Assembly: GCA_947626535.1 (NCBI GenBank) | Contig: CANQSO010000001.1 | Span: 1 to 63,321 of the forward strand | Origin: an uncultured Bacilli bacterium | GTDB taxonomy: Bacteria; Bacillota_I; Bacilli_A; RF39; UBA660 | Length of the DNA stretch: 63,321 nt | Direction of reading: 5' to 3' | Part shown: one piece after another, positions 17,433 to 25,634 of the stretch | Layout: the number at the start of each line of letters is the position of its first letter | Position numbering within the stretch: position 1 is the stretch's first letter | Program-made: the position numbers and the translations under genes | Notes under the pieces: generated by a model | Told to the model about the DNA's origin: nothing | Seen by the model: only the letters and a program-made list of their open reading frames with translations | The model's database searches: none

Positions 17433-18839
17433 ATGAATAAAACTATTGAAAAATTACTAAAAGAAAGAGAATTTAATAAAATTTTAAAGCTAGTAGAATT
17501 GGGTATTATTGATAAAGAAATAGGAACAAAAGCAATAATAAGTACTAAAGAGCCTGAATATATTTATAGATTTGCGGCTTCCATAGAAGGTGCAGATATA
17601 GATAAATTACAAGATGCAATTATAGATGCAGGTATAAATGATGCTATATATATTTACTACTTTGCTAGAGATATAAAAGGTGCCAATATAGAAAAGTTAG
17701 AAGATGCAATGATAAAAATCGAAAACAGTCATCAAATTTACTATTTTGCTAGAGATATAAAAGGAGCAAATATAGATAAATTACAAGATGCAATAATGAA
17801 AATTAATTGGCCACCTATTATTTATAAATTTGCCGGGGATGTAAAAGGAGCAAATATAGATAAGTTACAAGATGCAATTATAAAAAATCCAACAAAAGAA
17901 AATGCAAAATATATTTATGAATTTGCTAATTTAAAAAAAGGATTAGATATAGAAAAATTACAAAAAGCAATAATTGCCACAAAAGACGCTCAATATATAT
18001 ATTATTTTGCTAGATTTCAGGAAGGAGCAGATATAGAAAAGTTAGAAGATGCAATAATTGCAACAAAAGCTGCTTATTATATTTGCGAATTTGCTAAAGA
18101 AATAGAGAAAGCAAATATTAAAAAGTTACAAGATGCAATTATTGCCACAAAAGATGCAGAATGCATTTACGAATTTGCTAAAGATATAGAAGGTGTTGAT
18201 ATTGATAAATTAATAGATGGAATTATTGCTACACAAGATGCACGATGGATATATGAATTTGCTAATGAAATAAAAGGTGCCAATTTAGGAAAACTAACAG
18301 ACGGAATTATTGCTACACAAGATGCTTATTATATTTGCGAATTTGCTAAAGAAATAGAGAATGCAAATATAGAAAAATTAGCAGACGGAATTATTGCAAC
18401 AAAAGATGCTCCTTATATTTGTGAATTTGCTAAAAATATAAATGGTGCTAATATAGAAAAACTAACAGATGGAATTATTGCTACACAAGATGCACGATGG
18501 ATATATGAATTTGCTAAAAATATAAAAGGTGTCAATATAGATAAATTAACAGATGGAATTATTGCAACAAAAAGCTATGATGTTATGCATGAATTTGCTA
18601 AGTGCATAAAAGGCATAAGTGCAGAAAAGAAAGATGCAATAATGAAGATTGTTGAAGTTAAAGATACAGATTATGGTGCTACTGATTATTCCAAAACTTT
18701 ATCGTTATTAAAATATTTACTAGATACGAAAGATTTTGAAACAATTTTGGACAATAAAGAGGAATTTTCTAAATTATTTGTTGATAAAGAGCAAGAAGTT
18801 AGTAAAGAACAACAAAAAATGTTAATCAAAAGTAAATAA
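17433..18839 (+). CDS. 28-residue tandem-repeat protein (13 units)
   Basis: Same caps as 8674-10083, and its central units are nearly identical to that paralogue. Confidence 0.85.
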   Translation: MNKTIEKLLKEREFNKILKLVELGIIDKEIGTKAIISTKEPEYIYRFAASIEGADIDKLQDAIIDAGINDAIYIYYFARDIKGANIEKLEDAMIKIENSHQIYYFARDIKGANIDKLQDAIMKINWPPIIYKFAGDVKGANIDKLQDAIIKNPTKENAKYIYEFANLKKGLDIEKLQKAIIATKDAQYIYYFARFQEGADIEKLEDAIIATKAAYYICEFAKEIEKANIKKLQDAIIATKDAECIYEFAKDIEGVDIDKLIDGIIATQDARWIYEFANEIKGANLGKLTDGIIATQDAYYICEFAKEIENANIEKLADGIIATKDAPYICEFAKNINGANIEKLTDGIIATQDARWIYEFAKNIKGVNIDKLTDGIIATKSYDVMHEFAKCIKGISAEKKDAIMKIVEVKDTDYGATDYSKTLSLLKYLLDTKDFETILDNKEEFSKLFVDKEQEVSKEQQKMLIKSK

Positions 18840-18953
18840 TTAGAATGAGTAACAAGAAAACAACAGTTTTCTTGTTTTACTGTTTGGTTATTTTGACTTT
18901 ATAAATTATTTATGTTACAATATGTCAAAATAGTTTTAGGAGGGATAGGTTTT

Positions 18954-19778
18954 ATGAAAAAATTAGAAATATCAAAAGATAAGTTTGAAGAATTTGATAA
19001 TATTGATATGGGCTACCCAAAAATTGAAATAGTGTATGATTCTACTAAATATGAATTTGAATGTGTTTATGGCTTAAATAAAATTATTTTGAGAAGATTA
19101 AAAGATGGAAAAATTATTCATATATTTGATACCAAGATAACATTTATAGTAGAGTGTGATAAAAATAATAGAGCAAACTTTATGGTCGGTGAATGTTCAG
19201 GTGAATTTCGTAATAATAAATTAAAGCATTATATTGACAAAGGCAAAGAAAATTTAGAATTAGAAAGCACATTAGATATAAGCAGTGAGTGTAGTCTTGA
19301 CCAATGTCAAATTACAAATAATTCTTTTGCTTTCGTAAAGAAAAATAGTCAATGTTATAGTGCCTACAATAGTATTTACACACTTGATGGACGTATAAAA
19401 TCTTTCAAAAAAATATATAATGATAAGCGAATTCAAATGAAATTTAAGGAGCCAACAATATTAGTTGAGCAAGAATATGGAAAATCTTATTATGATAGTG
19501 TTAGTGATAGAGTTTTCTATGGTGTTAATCCGGAAACATTAGAAATTAATACTCCTATTTGGAGTGAGCTTCAACAACGATTAATACCTATCTACACTGA
19601 AGAAGATATAAAAAATAAAAACATTATAGATCCTATAGGTTTAGGAGAAACAACTCTTTATTGTGAAGTAAAAAAGCCTTTAGATGAAATAGCTAGATAT
19701 TTAACTCCATCTAAAGAAGTTTATACAGACAAAAGTGAAATTAATGATGAATTTATAAGACAATTTGTTAAAAAATAA
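18954..19778 (+). CDS. Hypothetical protein
   Basis: Start refined to MKKLEIS (RBS AGGAGGG). Shares an (W/Y)SELQQ(R/K) motif with 20308-21162. Confidence 0.6.
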   Translation: MKKLEISKDKFEEFDNIDMGYPKIEIVYDSTKYEFECVYGLNKIILRRLKDGKIIHIFDTKITFIVECDKNNRANFMVGECSGEFRNNKLKHYIDKGKENLELESTLDISSECSLDQCQITNNSFAFVKKNSQCYSAYNSIYTLDGRIKSFKKIYNDKRIQMKFKEPTILVEQEYGKSYYDSVSDRVFYGVNPETLEINTPIWSELQQRLIPIYTEEDIKNKNIIDPIGLGETTLYCEVKKPLDEIARYLTPSKEVYTDKSEINDEFIRQFVKK

Positions 19779-19825
19779 TTAAAACAATATTTCACAAAGT
19801 TTAAATAAAATTAAAGGGGTAATAA

Positions 19826-20206
19826 ATGAAAAGAGTATTAATTATAGGCGATAGTGAATTTATAAGTAATATGCTAAAAAGATTAAGTTCAAATGAAATA
19901 GATATTTTAAGTGTTCCATCAGTAGAAGAAGCAATGAAAGTTTTGACTAAAAATGATATAAATATAGTAGTTTTGAACTTAAAATCATCATTAGAAAATA
20001 TGAAAAAAATAGCCAATAAAATACAAGCAAAATATAATATATCTACTATAATATTTGAATCTGTTCACGAGCCAAGCTTCGAGCATATTAATTTAGACTT
20101 TGATTTACTTAATGAAGAGTTTAAACGTGATAATATGAGAAGAAGTAATTATAATTCAAAACGTAAATATAAAGTAAAACACAAAGTTAAACGTAATAAA
20201 AATTAA
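19826..20206 (+). CDS. Receiver (CheY)-like domain protein lacking the phospho-acceptor Asp, with a basic tail
   Basis: KRVLIIGDSEF...INIVVLNLKS has the REC-like beta-alpha pattern, with N where D57 is expected. C-terminus is RRSNYNSKRKYKVKHKVKRNKN. Confidence 0.45.
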   Translation: MKRVLIIGDSEFISNMLKRLSSNEIDILSVPSVEEAMKVLTKNDINIVVLNLKSSLENMKKIANKIQAKYNISTIIFESVHEPSFEHINLDFDLLNEEFKRDNMRRSNYNSKRKYKVKHKVKRNKN

Positions 20207-20307
20207 ATATTTATAAATAGTTTATAATATAACTAATTTCTAATAATTATAGTGCAAATGAAATCATAAAATATTTTAAAATAACTTTTAGAAAAGAGGA
20301 GAAAAGA

Positions 20308-21162
20308 ATGATAATATTAAGAGATATAAAAGATATTCCAGAATATAGAGGAAGACCTATTAAAATAGGTGAGTTTTATAGACCACCTATAGATGAAAAA
20401 CCTCATAAATTTTATGAATATAATAAAGAATTAAGCTCTAAGGTTAATGGATACAGAAAAGGCCCTAAAAATCCGTATCTTGATTATTTGTTAGGTGATT
20501 GTCAAGAATTAAGTGATGTAAATATTAAGGGTTTGCCATTTGAAAATATGAAAATGGGCAAATTCATAATTTATGAAGATGAAGATAAGAAAATTTTTAT
20601 TTACAATAAATTACATAATAAGTTATCTTCTATAGAAGTATGCAATAGAGCCGAAATAAATAAAATAAAGCAAACAGATTTAGGAGAATTGCTATTTTTT
20701 ACAAATGATGAAACTAAATTAACTCATTACTATTTTGAAGACAGTGATGATGAAGTGAGAATAGATACTATTTATAGCGAATTACCATTAGAGGAAATCT
20801 TACCAGATATATATTTGTCATCTAGTGAAGATGATAATCATTATTTACTATATAATGTAATAAGCAAAAATAGTTTAGAAATTCAAAATGATGAAATTAT
20901 GGTTTTAGATAATAAGCTTTTATTAGCTAGAACTATTGAAGAGGGAAATTTTAAAGATATTATCTATAAGATTATTGATAAATATAATTTAGAATGTGTA
21001 AATATTTATAGTGAGTTACAACAAAAAATGTTACTTGGAGAAAATTTTCCTTTAACAAGTGAAGAGGAAAAAGAATTAATAGAGAATAAAGTTGTTAAAT
21101 ATCTTAAAATGTTAAATGAAACAACATCAATAGAGCGTAAAAAAATTTTAGAAAAAAAGTAG
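20308..21162 (+). CDS. Hypothetical protein
   Basis: 284-aa ORF with RBS AGAGGAG. Confidence 0.6.
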   Translation: MIILRDIKDIPEYRGRPIKIGEFYRPPIDEKPHKFYEYNKELSSKVNGYRKGPKNPYLDYLLGDCQELSDVNIKGLPFENMKMGKFIIYEDEDKKIFIYNKLHNKLSSIEVCNRAEINKIKQTDLGELLFFTNDETKLTHYYFEDSDDEVRIDTIYSELPLEEILPDIYLSSSEDDNHYLLYNVISKNSLEIQNDEIMVLDNKLLLARTIEEGNFKDIIYKIIDKYNLECVNIYSELQQKMLLGENFPLTSEEEKELIENKVVKYLKMLNETTSIERKKILEKK

Positions 21163-21293
21163 TATTTCAAAATTACCACAAAGATTATATTAAAATTTTA
21201 ATTATTTTTTCTTAAGCCAAAGCAGTGTGTTCAAATCACATCGAGGACGTCATTAGTAAATTTGTTTTAAATTTATGCTTTTTTGGAGGAATT

Positions 21294-21851
21294 ATGAAAT
21301 GCATTAAAATTATAACTGATGAAGATTTTAATTTGGAAGTTAATGAATTTGACAATCCTAGAATTCGTTTAGGAGCTAGAGGCATTGTATTTAATGATAA
21401 GAAAGAAATAGCAATTCTTCATAAAGTTTATAAAAATGAATATAAACTTGTTGGTGGTGGCATTGAAGAAAATGAAAATCCAATAAATGCTTTTAAAAGG
21501 GAAGTATTGGAAGAAACAGGTTTTAAAATAAAAGTTGATGACTGTCTTGGTACTATAAGAGAAGAAAAATCTCAAGATAATTTTATTCAAATTTCTACTG
21601 TATATGTAGCACACATTGTAGGAAACTTTGAAAAAACAAGTTTTACTCAAGAAGAAATTGATGATGGTGCAAAATTATTATGGCTTTCTATTGATGATGC
21701 AATAAATAAAATTAAATCTTGTGAAAAAAATCTTGTAGCCTCTAAACACGAGGGAAACTTGAGTGTATATCATACAAGATTTATTGTTAGAAGAGATTAT
21801 ACTATTTTGAAATATTATACTGAAAAAATATTGAAAAAAAATAAAAAATAG
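21294..21851 (+). CDS. NUDIX hydrolase
   Basis: Nudix box GGGIEENENPINAFKREVLEETGF. Start refined to MKCIKI (RBS GGAGGA). Confidence 0.85.
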   Translation: MKCIKIITDEDFNLEVNEFDNPRIRLGARGIVFNDKKEIAILHKVYKNEYKLVGGGIEENENPINAFKREVLEETGFKIKVDDCLGTIREEKSQDNFIQISTVYVAHIVGNFEKTSFTQEEIDDGAKLLWLSIDDAINKIKSCEKNLVASKHEGNLSVYHTRFIVRRDYTILKYYTEKILKKNKK

Positions 21852-21854
21852 ATT

Positions 21855-21890
21855 TGCATTGCATTTTTGCAATGCACTTATTTTTTTTGT
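21855..21890 (+). terminator. Rho-independent terminator
   Basis: TGCATTGCA-tttt-TGCAATGCA followed by T8. Confidence 0.65.
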
Positions 21891-21967
21891 TTAACGAATT
21901 AAGACTTTTTTATTTGAATTAAATTATTAATAATATATAATAAGCACCAACAAAGGAGCAAAATAAT

Positions 21968-23692
21968 ATGAAAAATGTTGCTTTAGTTGGTGTCGGACCA
22001 CACGCTAAAAGAATTTATTTGAATTATTTAAAAAAACATAGAGTTAATCTTTCATTTATTGTAGAATTAGATTCTCAAAAAGATAACGTAAGAAAATATT
22101 TAGATGAAAATGGTTTTAAAAATACAAAAATATTTACAATAGATGATAAGTTTAGAGATGCAGAACATCTTCCAGAAGATACTGCAAGTAATCTTCTTGC
22201 CGTTTGTAAAACATTTGAAATAACTCATTTAATAATATCTACCGAGCCAAAGGCACATTTTATGTATTTGGAATTGGCTTTGAAAAATAATATAAATGTG
22301 TTAACCGATAAACCTATTACTGTTGTAAAAAATATGACAAGTTTATCAAGTATTGAGAAGATTAGAAAACAATATTATGAATTAATTGAGTTGGCTAAAA
22401 AATCAACAGGTACTTGCAAAGTTATGTGTCAACGCCAATATCATAAAGGCTACGAAAAGATAAAAGAAGTTTTAACTGACACAGTTAACAAATATAAAAT
22501 GCCTATAACTAATATTGATATTTTTCATTCTGATGGTGCTTGGGAAATGCTACACGATTTAGAAAAAGAAAATCACCCATATAGATATGGCTATGGAAAA
22601 TTATTTCATAGTGGTTATCATTTTATAGATTTATTAAGCGATTTTATTAAGATTAATGATTCTCTTGGTGGCAATAAAAAAATTGTTGATGGGGAAGTTT
22701 ATTCAAAAATATTTACACCAAATGATGAAATGAATATTTTAAATATAGAAGATTACAAAAGATTGTTTAAAGGACAAAATATTCCTGATTATTATAATGA
22801 AAATGATAATCCTACTTTTAACAAATATGGTGAAAAAGATTATCACGGTCTATTAACTTTCTATAATAAAGATGGTTTTACTATTACAACTGCTAATCTT
22901 AATTTATTACATAATGGTGTATCAAGAAGAGCCTGGATTGAAACAAAAGACTTTTATAAGTCTAATGGACGCATAAGGCACGAAAGAATTAATATTGAAA
23001 TTGGACATCTTCTAAATATTCAAGTACATAGTTATCAATCAAAAGAGATTTGTGAACGTACTGATGACGAAGAAAATGTTGGTGGTCTTGAGCATTTTGA
23101 TATTTATTTCTTTAATAACCCATTAGTTGATGATAAACCTTTTAAAAAAATTCATCTAGGAGATATGTATTCAGATAAAGAAAAGAAAGAATTTTTAGGA
23201 TATAATGAATTATCACGTGAAGTATTCTTAAATAATTTTTTGAATAATAAAGAATGTAAAGGGGACATTATGGATCAAGCACTAGCTATTGAGATATTAT
23301 ATTCTTGTGCTAAAGGAGTTCATAATTATTATCAACATAAAAATAAGACAGAGAAGATTAAAATTAGAAATGAATATACTTATAGATTTATTGCTAAAAG
23401 ATTAAAAGAATATTCTAAACCTTATAATATTGATACAGAGAAAAAAATGATAAAAAGTGGTATATTCTATAAAGATATTTATACTCTTTATAATTCTATG
23501 AATTTTATTCCAAATGAAAATGTCTACGAAGTATTCTTATCTATAGATGATACTAAAAATGTAGCAGGGTCACTTTTACATAAGAAATTTAAAAATAAGT
23601 ATTTTGCTATTTTGTATTATAAATACTTGGAATATATCATTAAAAACAAAAAGATTTCTTATATAGAACGCAAAATTGAAACGTATGTTTAG
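21968..23692 (+). CDS. Rossmann-fold (Gfo/Idh/MocA-like N-terminus) protein with a large uncharacterised C-terminal region
   Basis: MKNVALVGVGPHAKRIY is a GxGxxA dinucleotide-binding start. 574 aa. Confidence 0.45.
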   Translation: MKNVALVGVGPHAKRIYLNYLKKHRVNLSFIVELDSQKDNVRKYLDENGFKNTKIFTIDDKFRDAEHLPEDTASNLLAVCKTFEITHLIISTEPKAHFMYLELALKNNINVLTDKPITVVKNMTSLSSIEKIRKQYYELIELAKKSTGTCKVMCQRQYHKGYEKIKEVLTDTVNKYKMPITNIDIFHSDGAWEMLHDLEKENHPYRYGYGKLFHSGYHFIDLLSDFIKINDSLGGNKKIVDGEVYSKIFTPNDEMNILNIEDYKRLFKGQNIPDYYNENDNPTFNKYGEKDYHGLLTFYNKDGFTITTANLNLLHNGVSRRAWIETKDFYKSNGRIRHERINIEIGHLLNIQVHSYQSKEICERTDDEENVGGLEHFDIYFFNNPLVDDKPFKKIHLGDMYSDKEKKEFLGYNELSREVFLNNFLNNKECKGDIMDQALAIEILYSCAKGVHNYYQHKNKTEKIKIRNEYTYRFIAKRLKEYSKPYNIDTEKKMIKSGIFYKDIYTLYNSMNFIPNENVYEVFLSIDDTKNVAGSLLHKKFKNKYFAILYYKYLEYIIKNKKISYIERKIETYV

Positions 23693-23848
23693 TTTACTAT
23701 TTGAATACTGTTTGGTTTACTAAAAAAATACTATTTAGTTTATTGAAAAAAACTTGTCAAGGTGTATAATTGAATAAAATGAGTTAATTATGCAAAGAAA
23801 ACAACTCATTTTTTTGTTTATGTGAATTAGCAAATTTTAAGAAAAATA

Positions 23849-23876
23849 TTGACTTTTCTGATAATATGACTAAAAT
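23849..23876 (+). promoter_or_regulatory. Candidate promoter of the ICE regulatory leader
   Basis: TTGACT(23849-23854)-16 nt-TAAAAT(23871-23876). Confidence 0.4.
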
Positions 23877-23904
23877 ATATAACAAATTTGTTGGTGGTCT
23901 TATT

Positions 23905-24000
23905 ATGATTGATTTAAAAGAAAATTTAATTCTTAACAAAAATTTATTAATTCAAAATATAAATAAAAAGAGATTTTTATCGGGCTTTTACGCTCTTTAA
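23905..24000 (+). CDS. Candidate 31-aa leader peptide
   Basis: The ATG follows GGTGG. The stop lies inside the downstream hairpin. Sequence is MIDLKENLILNKNLLIQNINKKRFLSGFYAL. Confidence 0.3.
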   Translation: MIDLKENLILNKNLLIQNINKKRFLSGFYAL

Positions 24001-24016
24001 AATCTCTTTTTCTATT
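23966..24016 (+). promoter_or_regulatory. Attenuator-like terminator hairpin with an alternative pairing
   Basis: AAAAGAGATTTT(23966-23977) pairs with AAAATCTCTTTT(23999-24010) followed by Ts. Alternatively AAAGAG pairs with CTCTTT at 23993-23998. Confidence 0.4.
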
Positions 24017-24033
24017 ATGAGGAGGTTTTTCTA

Positions 24034-24558
24034 ATGGACAATGTTGTTACTCTTAACGAATTGATTAATATAAGTGATTATATAAAAAAAGTAGCAGAAA
24101 AAAATAAACAACAAAACGAATTGTTAAGTGAACAAGTTTGCAATTCATACGATACTTCATACATTAGAAGTAATCTTTTAGAATTGTTTAATAAGTTTAA
24201 GTCGGCAAAATATTTATACGAATTTCCACTTGATAGTTCCATTAAGCTAACACCTAGTTATACTTTAGATGAAGCTTGTCATCAGTTAAGTAATGTAAGT
24301 CAAGTTGAACAAATTATTGAAAATCATATTGACAAACAGTTATTAACTACAAACATTTACAATTCTATTATCAAAGTAAGTTACAAATTATCAAATGAAG
24401 AAGTAATTTATTTTATTAATACATTTTTTAGTCGCAAATCAGAAGAAGATATTGCTAATATAATAGGTATCTCAAAAACTTATTTACAAAAAATCAAAAA
24501 AAGTTGTTTGATTAAAATGTGGGTAGATTTAAAGAAATATTGTGAAATAGATGATTAA
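24034..24558 (+). CDS. Sigma-70 region-4-like / ArpU-type transcriptional regulator
   Basis: C-terminal HTH is SEEDIANIIGISKTYLQKIKKSCLIKM. RBS GAGGAGG. First gene of the conjugation block. Confidence 0.5.
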   Translation: MDNVVTLNELINISDYIKKVAEKNKQQNELLSEQVCNSYDTSYIRSNLLELFNKFKSAKYLYEFPLDSSIKLTPSYTLDEACHQLSNVSQVEQIIENHIDKQLLTTNIYNSIIKVSYKLSNEEVIYFINTFFSRKSEEDIANIIGISKTYLQKIKKSCLIKMWVDLKKYCEIDD

Positions 24559-24687
24559 GTTCATCTTTTTTTTTATGAGTTTATAGGGAGCTCATTATCA
24601 AAAAACTAATTTTATGAAAGGAGGAAGAAATATGTTTTTGATATTTCATAAGTTAAAAATACCATAATTTTAAAAATTCATAAAAAA

Positions 24688-24723
24688 CTCTTGCAAAATT
24701 CACTTTTTTAAGTGATAAATAGT
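24688..24723 (+). promoter_or_regulatory. Conserved promoter-like box, copy 1
   Basis: CTCTTGCAAAATTCACTTTTTTAAGTGATAAATAGT, nearly identical to 51958-51992. Confidence 0.5.
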
Positions 24724-24793
24724 ATAAGCGAAATTCTTAATTTTGCCTATTTTTAGCCAATTTAAGAAACTTTATGGTAGGAGTTGACCAGTT

Positions 24794-25489
24794 ATGAGAG
24801 AAAAAATAAAAAACAATAAGAAACTAATTATTTTTAGCAGTAGTTTAGTTGTAGTTATAGGGGTATTATTAATTGGTTTTAAATTTTATAATAATACTAA
24901 TAATAAGTTAAATAATAAGAAAGAAGAAACTCAAAATGATTATATTGTTCAAGATAAAGAATTAAATATAAAAGAAGATAAGGGAGAAGAAAGTATAGTT
25001 GAAGAAGAACAAAATCAAACTGATAACACTCCAAAAAATATAGAAGATAATAATATTAATTCAAAATCTAGTACAAATAACAAATCAAATAATACTCAAA
25101 AAAATTCTACACCTAATAATGATAATGTAAATTCTACTACTGATAATAATTCTAATGTAGAAAATAATTCTACACAAAGCCCTGTTGAAGAAACTAGCCC
25201 TAAAGTAAATGAAGAATCAAAACCTCAAAATTATGTAGGTGTACCAGATCCAAATTCATTCTTTTATTCTATTCATAAAGGGCGAATTGATAAGAATTAC
25301 ACTACTTTAGAGGCTTGTAGACAAAAAAGTGTTGATGTTGGATTTCTTGATACAACTGATATACTAAATATTATTTGTTATGAAGTTCTAGATGGACAAA
25401 GTAACGTTTTAGGAATCTATATGCACGTAAATTGTATTTCAGGGAATTGTGAAAGATATAAAGTATTAGCCGGTATTGAAACTAGCTAA
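24794..25489 (+). CDS. Membrane-anchored protein with an Asn/Ser/Thr-rich linker and a Cys-containing C-terminal domain
   Basis: N-terminal TM segment LIIFSSSLVVVIGVLLIGF, followed by low-complexity NNKSNNTQKNSTPNN. Confidence 0.6.
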   Translation: MREKIKNNKKLIIFSSSLVVVIGVLLIGFKFYNNTNNKLNNKKEETQNDYIVQDKELNIKEDKGEESIVEEEQNQTDNTPKNIEDNNINSKSSTNNKSNNTQKNSTPNNDNVNSTTDNNSNVENNSTQSPVEETSPKVNEESKPQNYVGVPDPNSFFYSIHKGRIDKNYTTLEACRQKSVDVGFLDTTDILNIICYEVLDGQSNVLGIYMHVNCISGNCERYKVLAGIETS

Positions 25490-25511
25490 TTTTTTTATGG
25501 AGGAATGATTT

Positions 25512-25634
25512 ATGAAGATATTATCTTTAATAGTTATTTCACTAGTAACATTGCTAGTGATTTTTTTATTTTGTGCTTGTTTTATTTCAAGCAATTTTGA
25601 ATTAGAGGAGGAATTAGAAAATGAAAAAAAATAA
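25512..25634 (+). CDS. Possible 40-aa hydrophobic peptide
   Basis: MKILSLIVISLVTLLVIFLFCACFISSNFELEEELENEKK, preceded by GGAGGAA. Overlaps the adhesin start. Confidence 0.3.
   Translation: MKILSLIVISLVTLLVIFLFCACFISSNFELEEELENEKK

Noticed and set aside
7378-18839. A diversity-generating retroelement as the source of the repeat hypervariability
   Set aside because: No reverse transcriptase gene and no template/variable repeat pair with adenine-specific differences are visible in the window.
23743-23815. A tiny RNA formed by a TTGAAA-16-TATAAT promoter immediately followed by the hairpin AAATGAGTT...AACTCATTT plus a T-run
   Set aside because: The hairpin is more simply the terminator of the upstream 21968-23692 gene. 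The promoter-like hexamers are common by chance in this AT-rich DNA.
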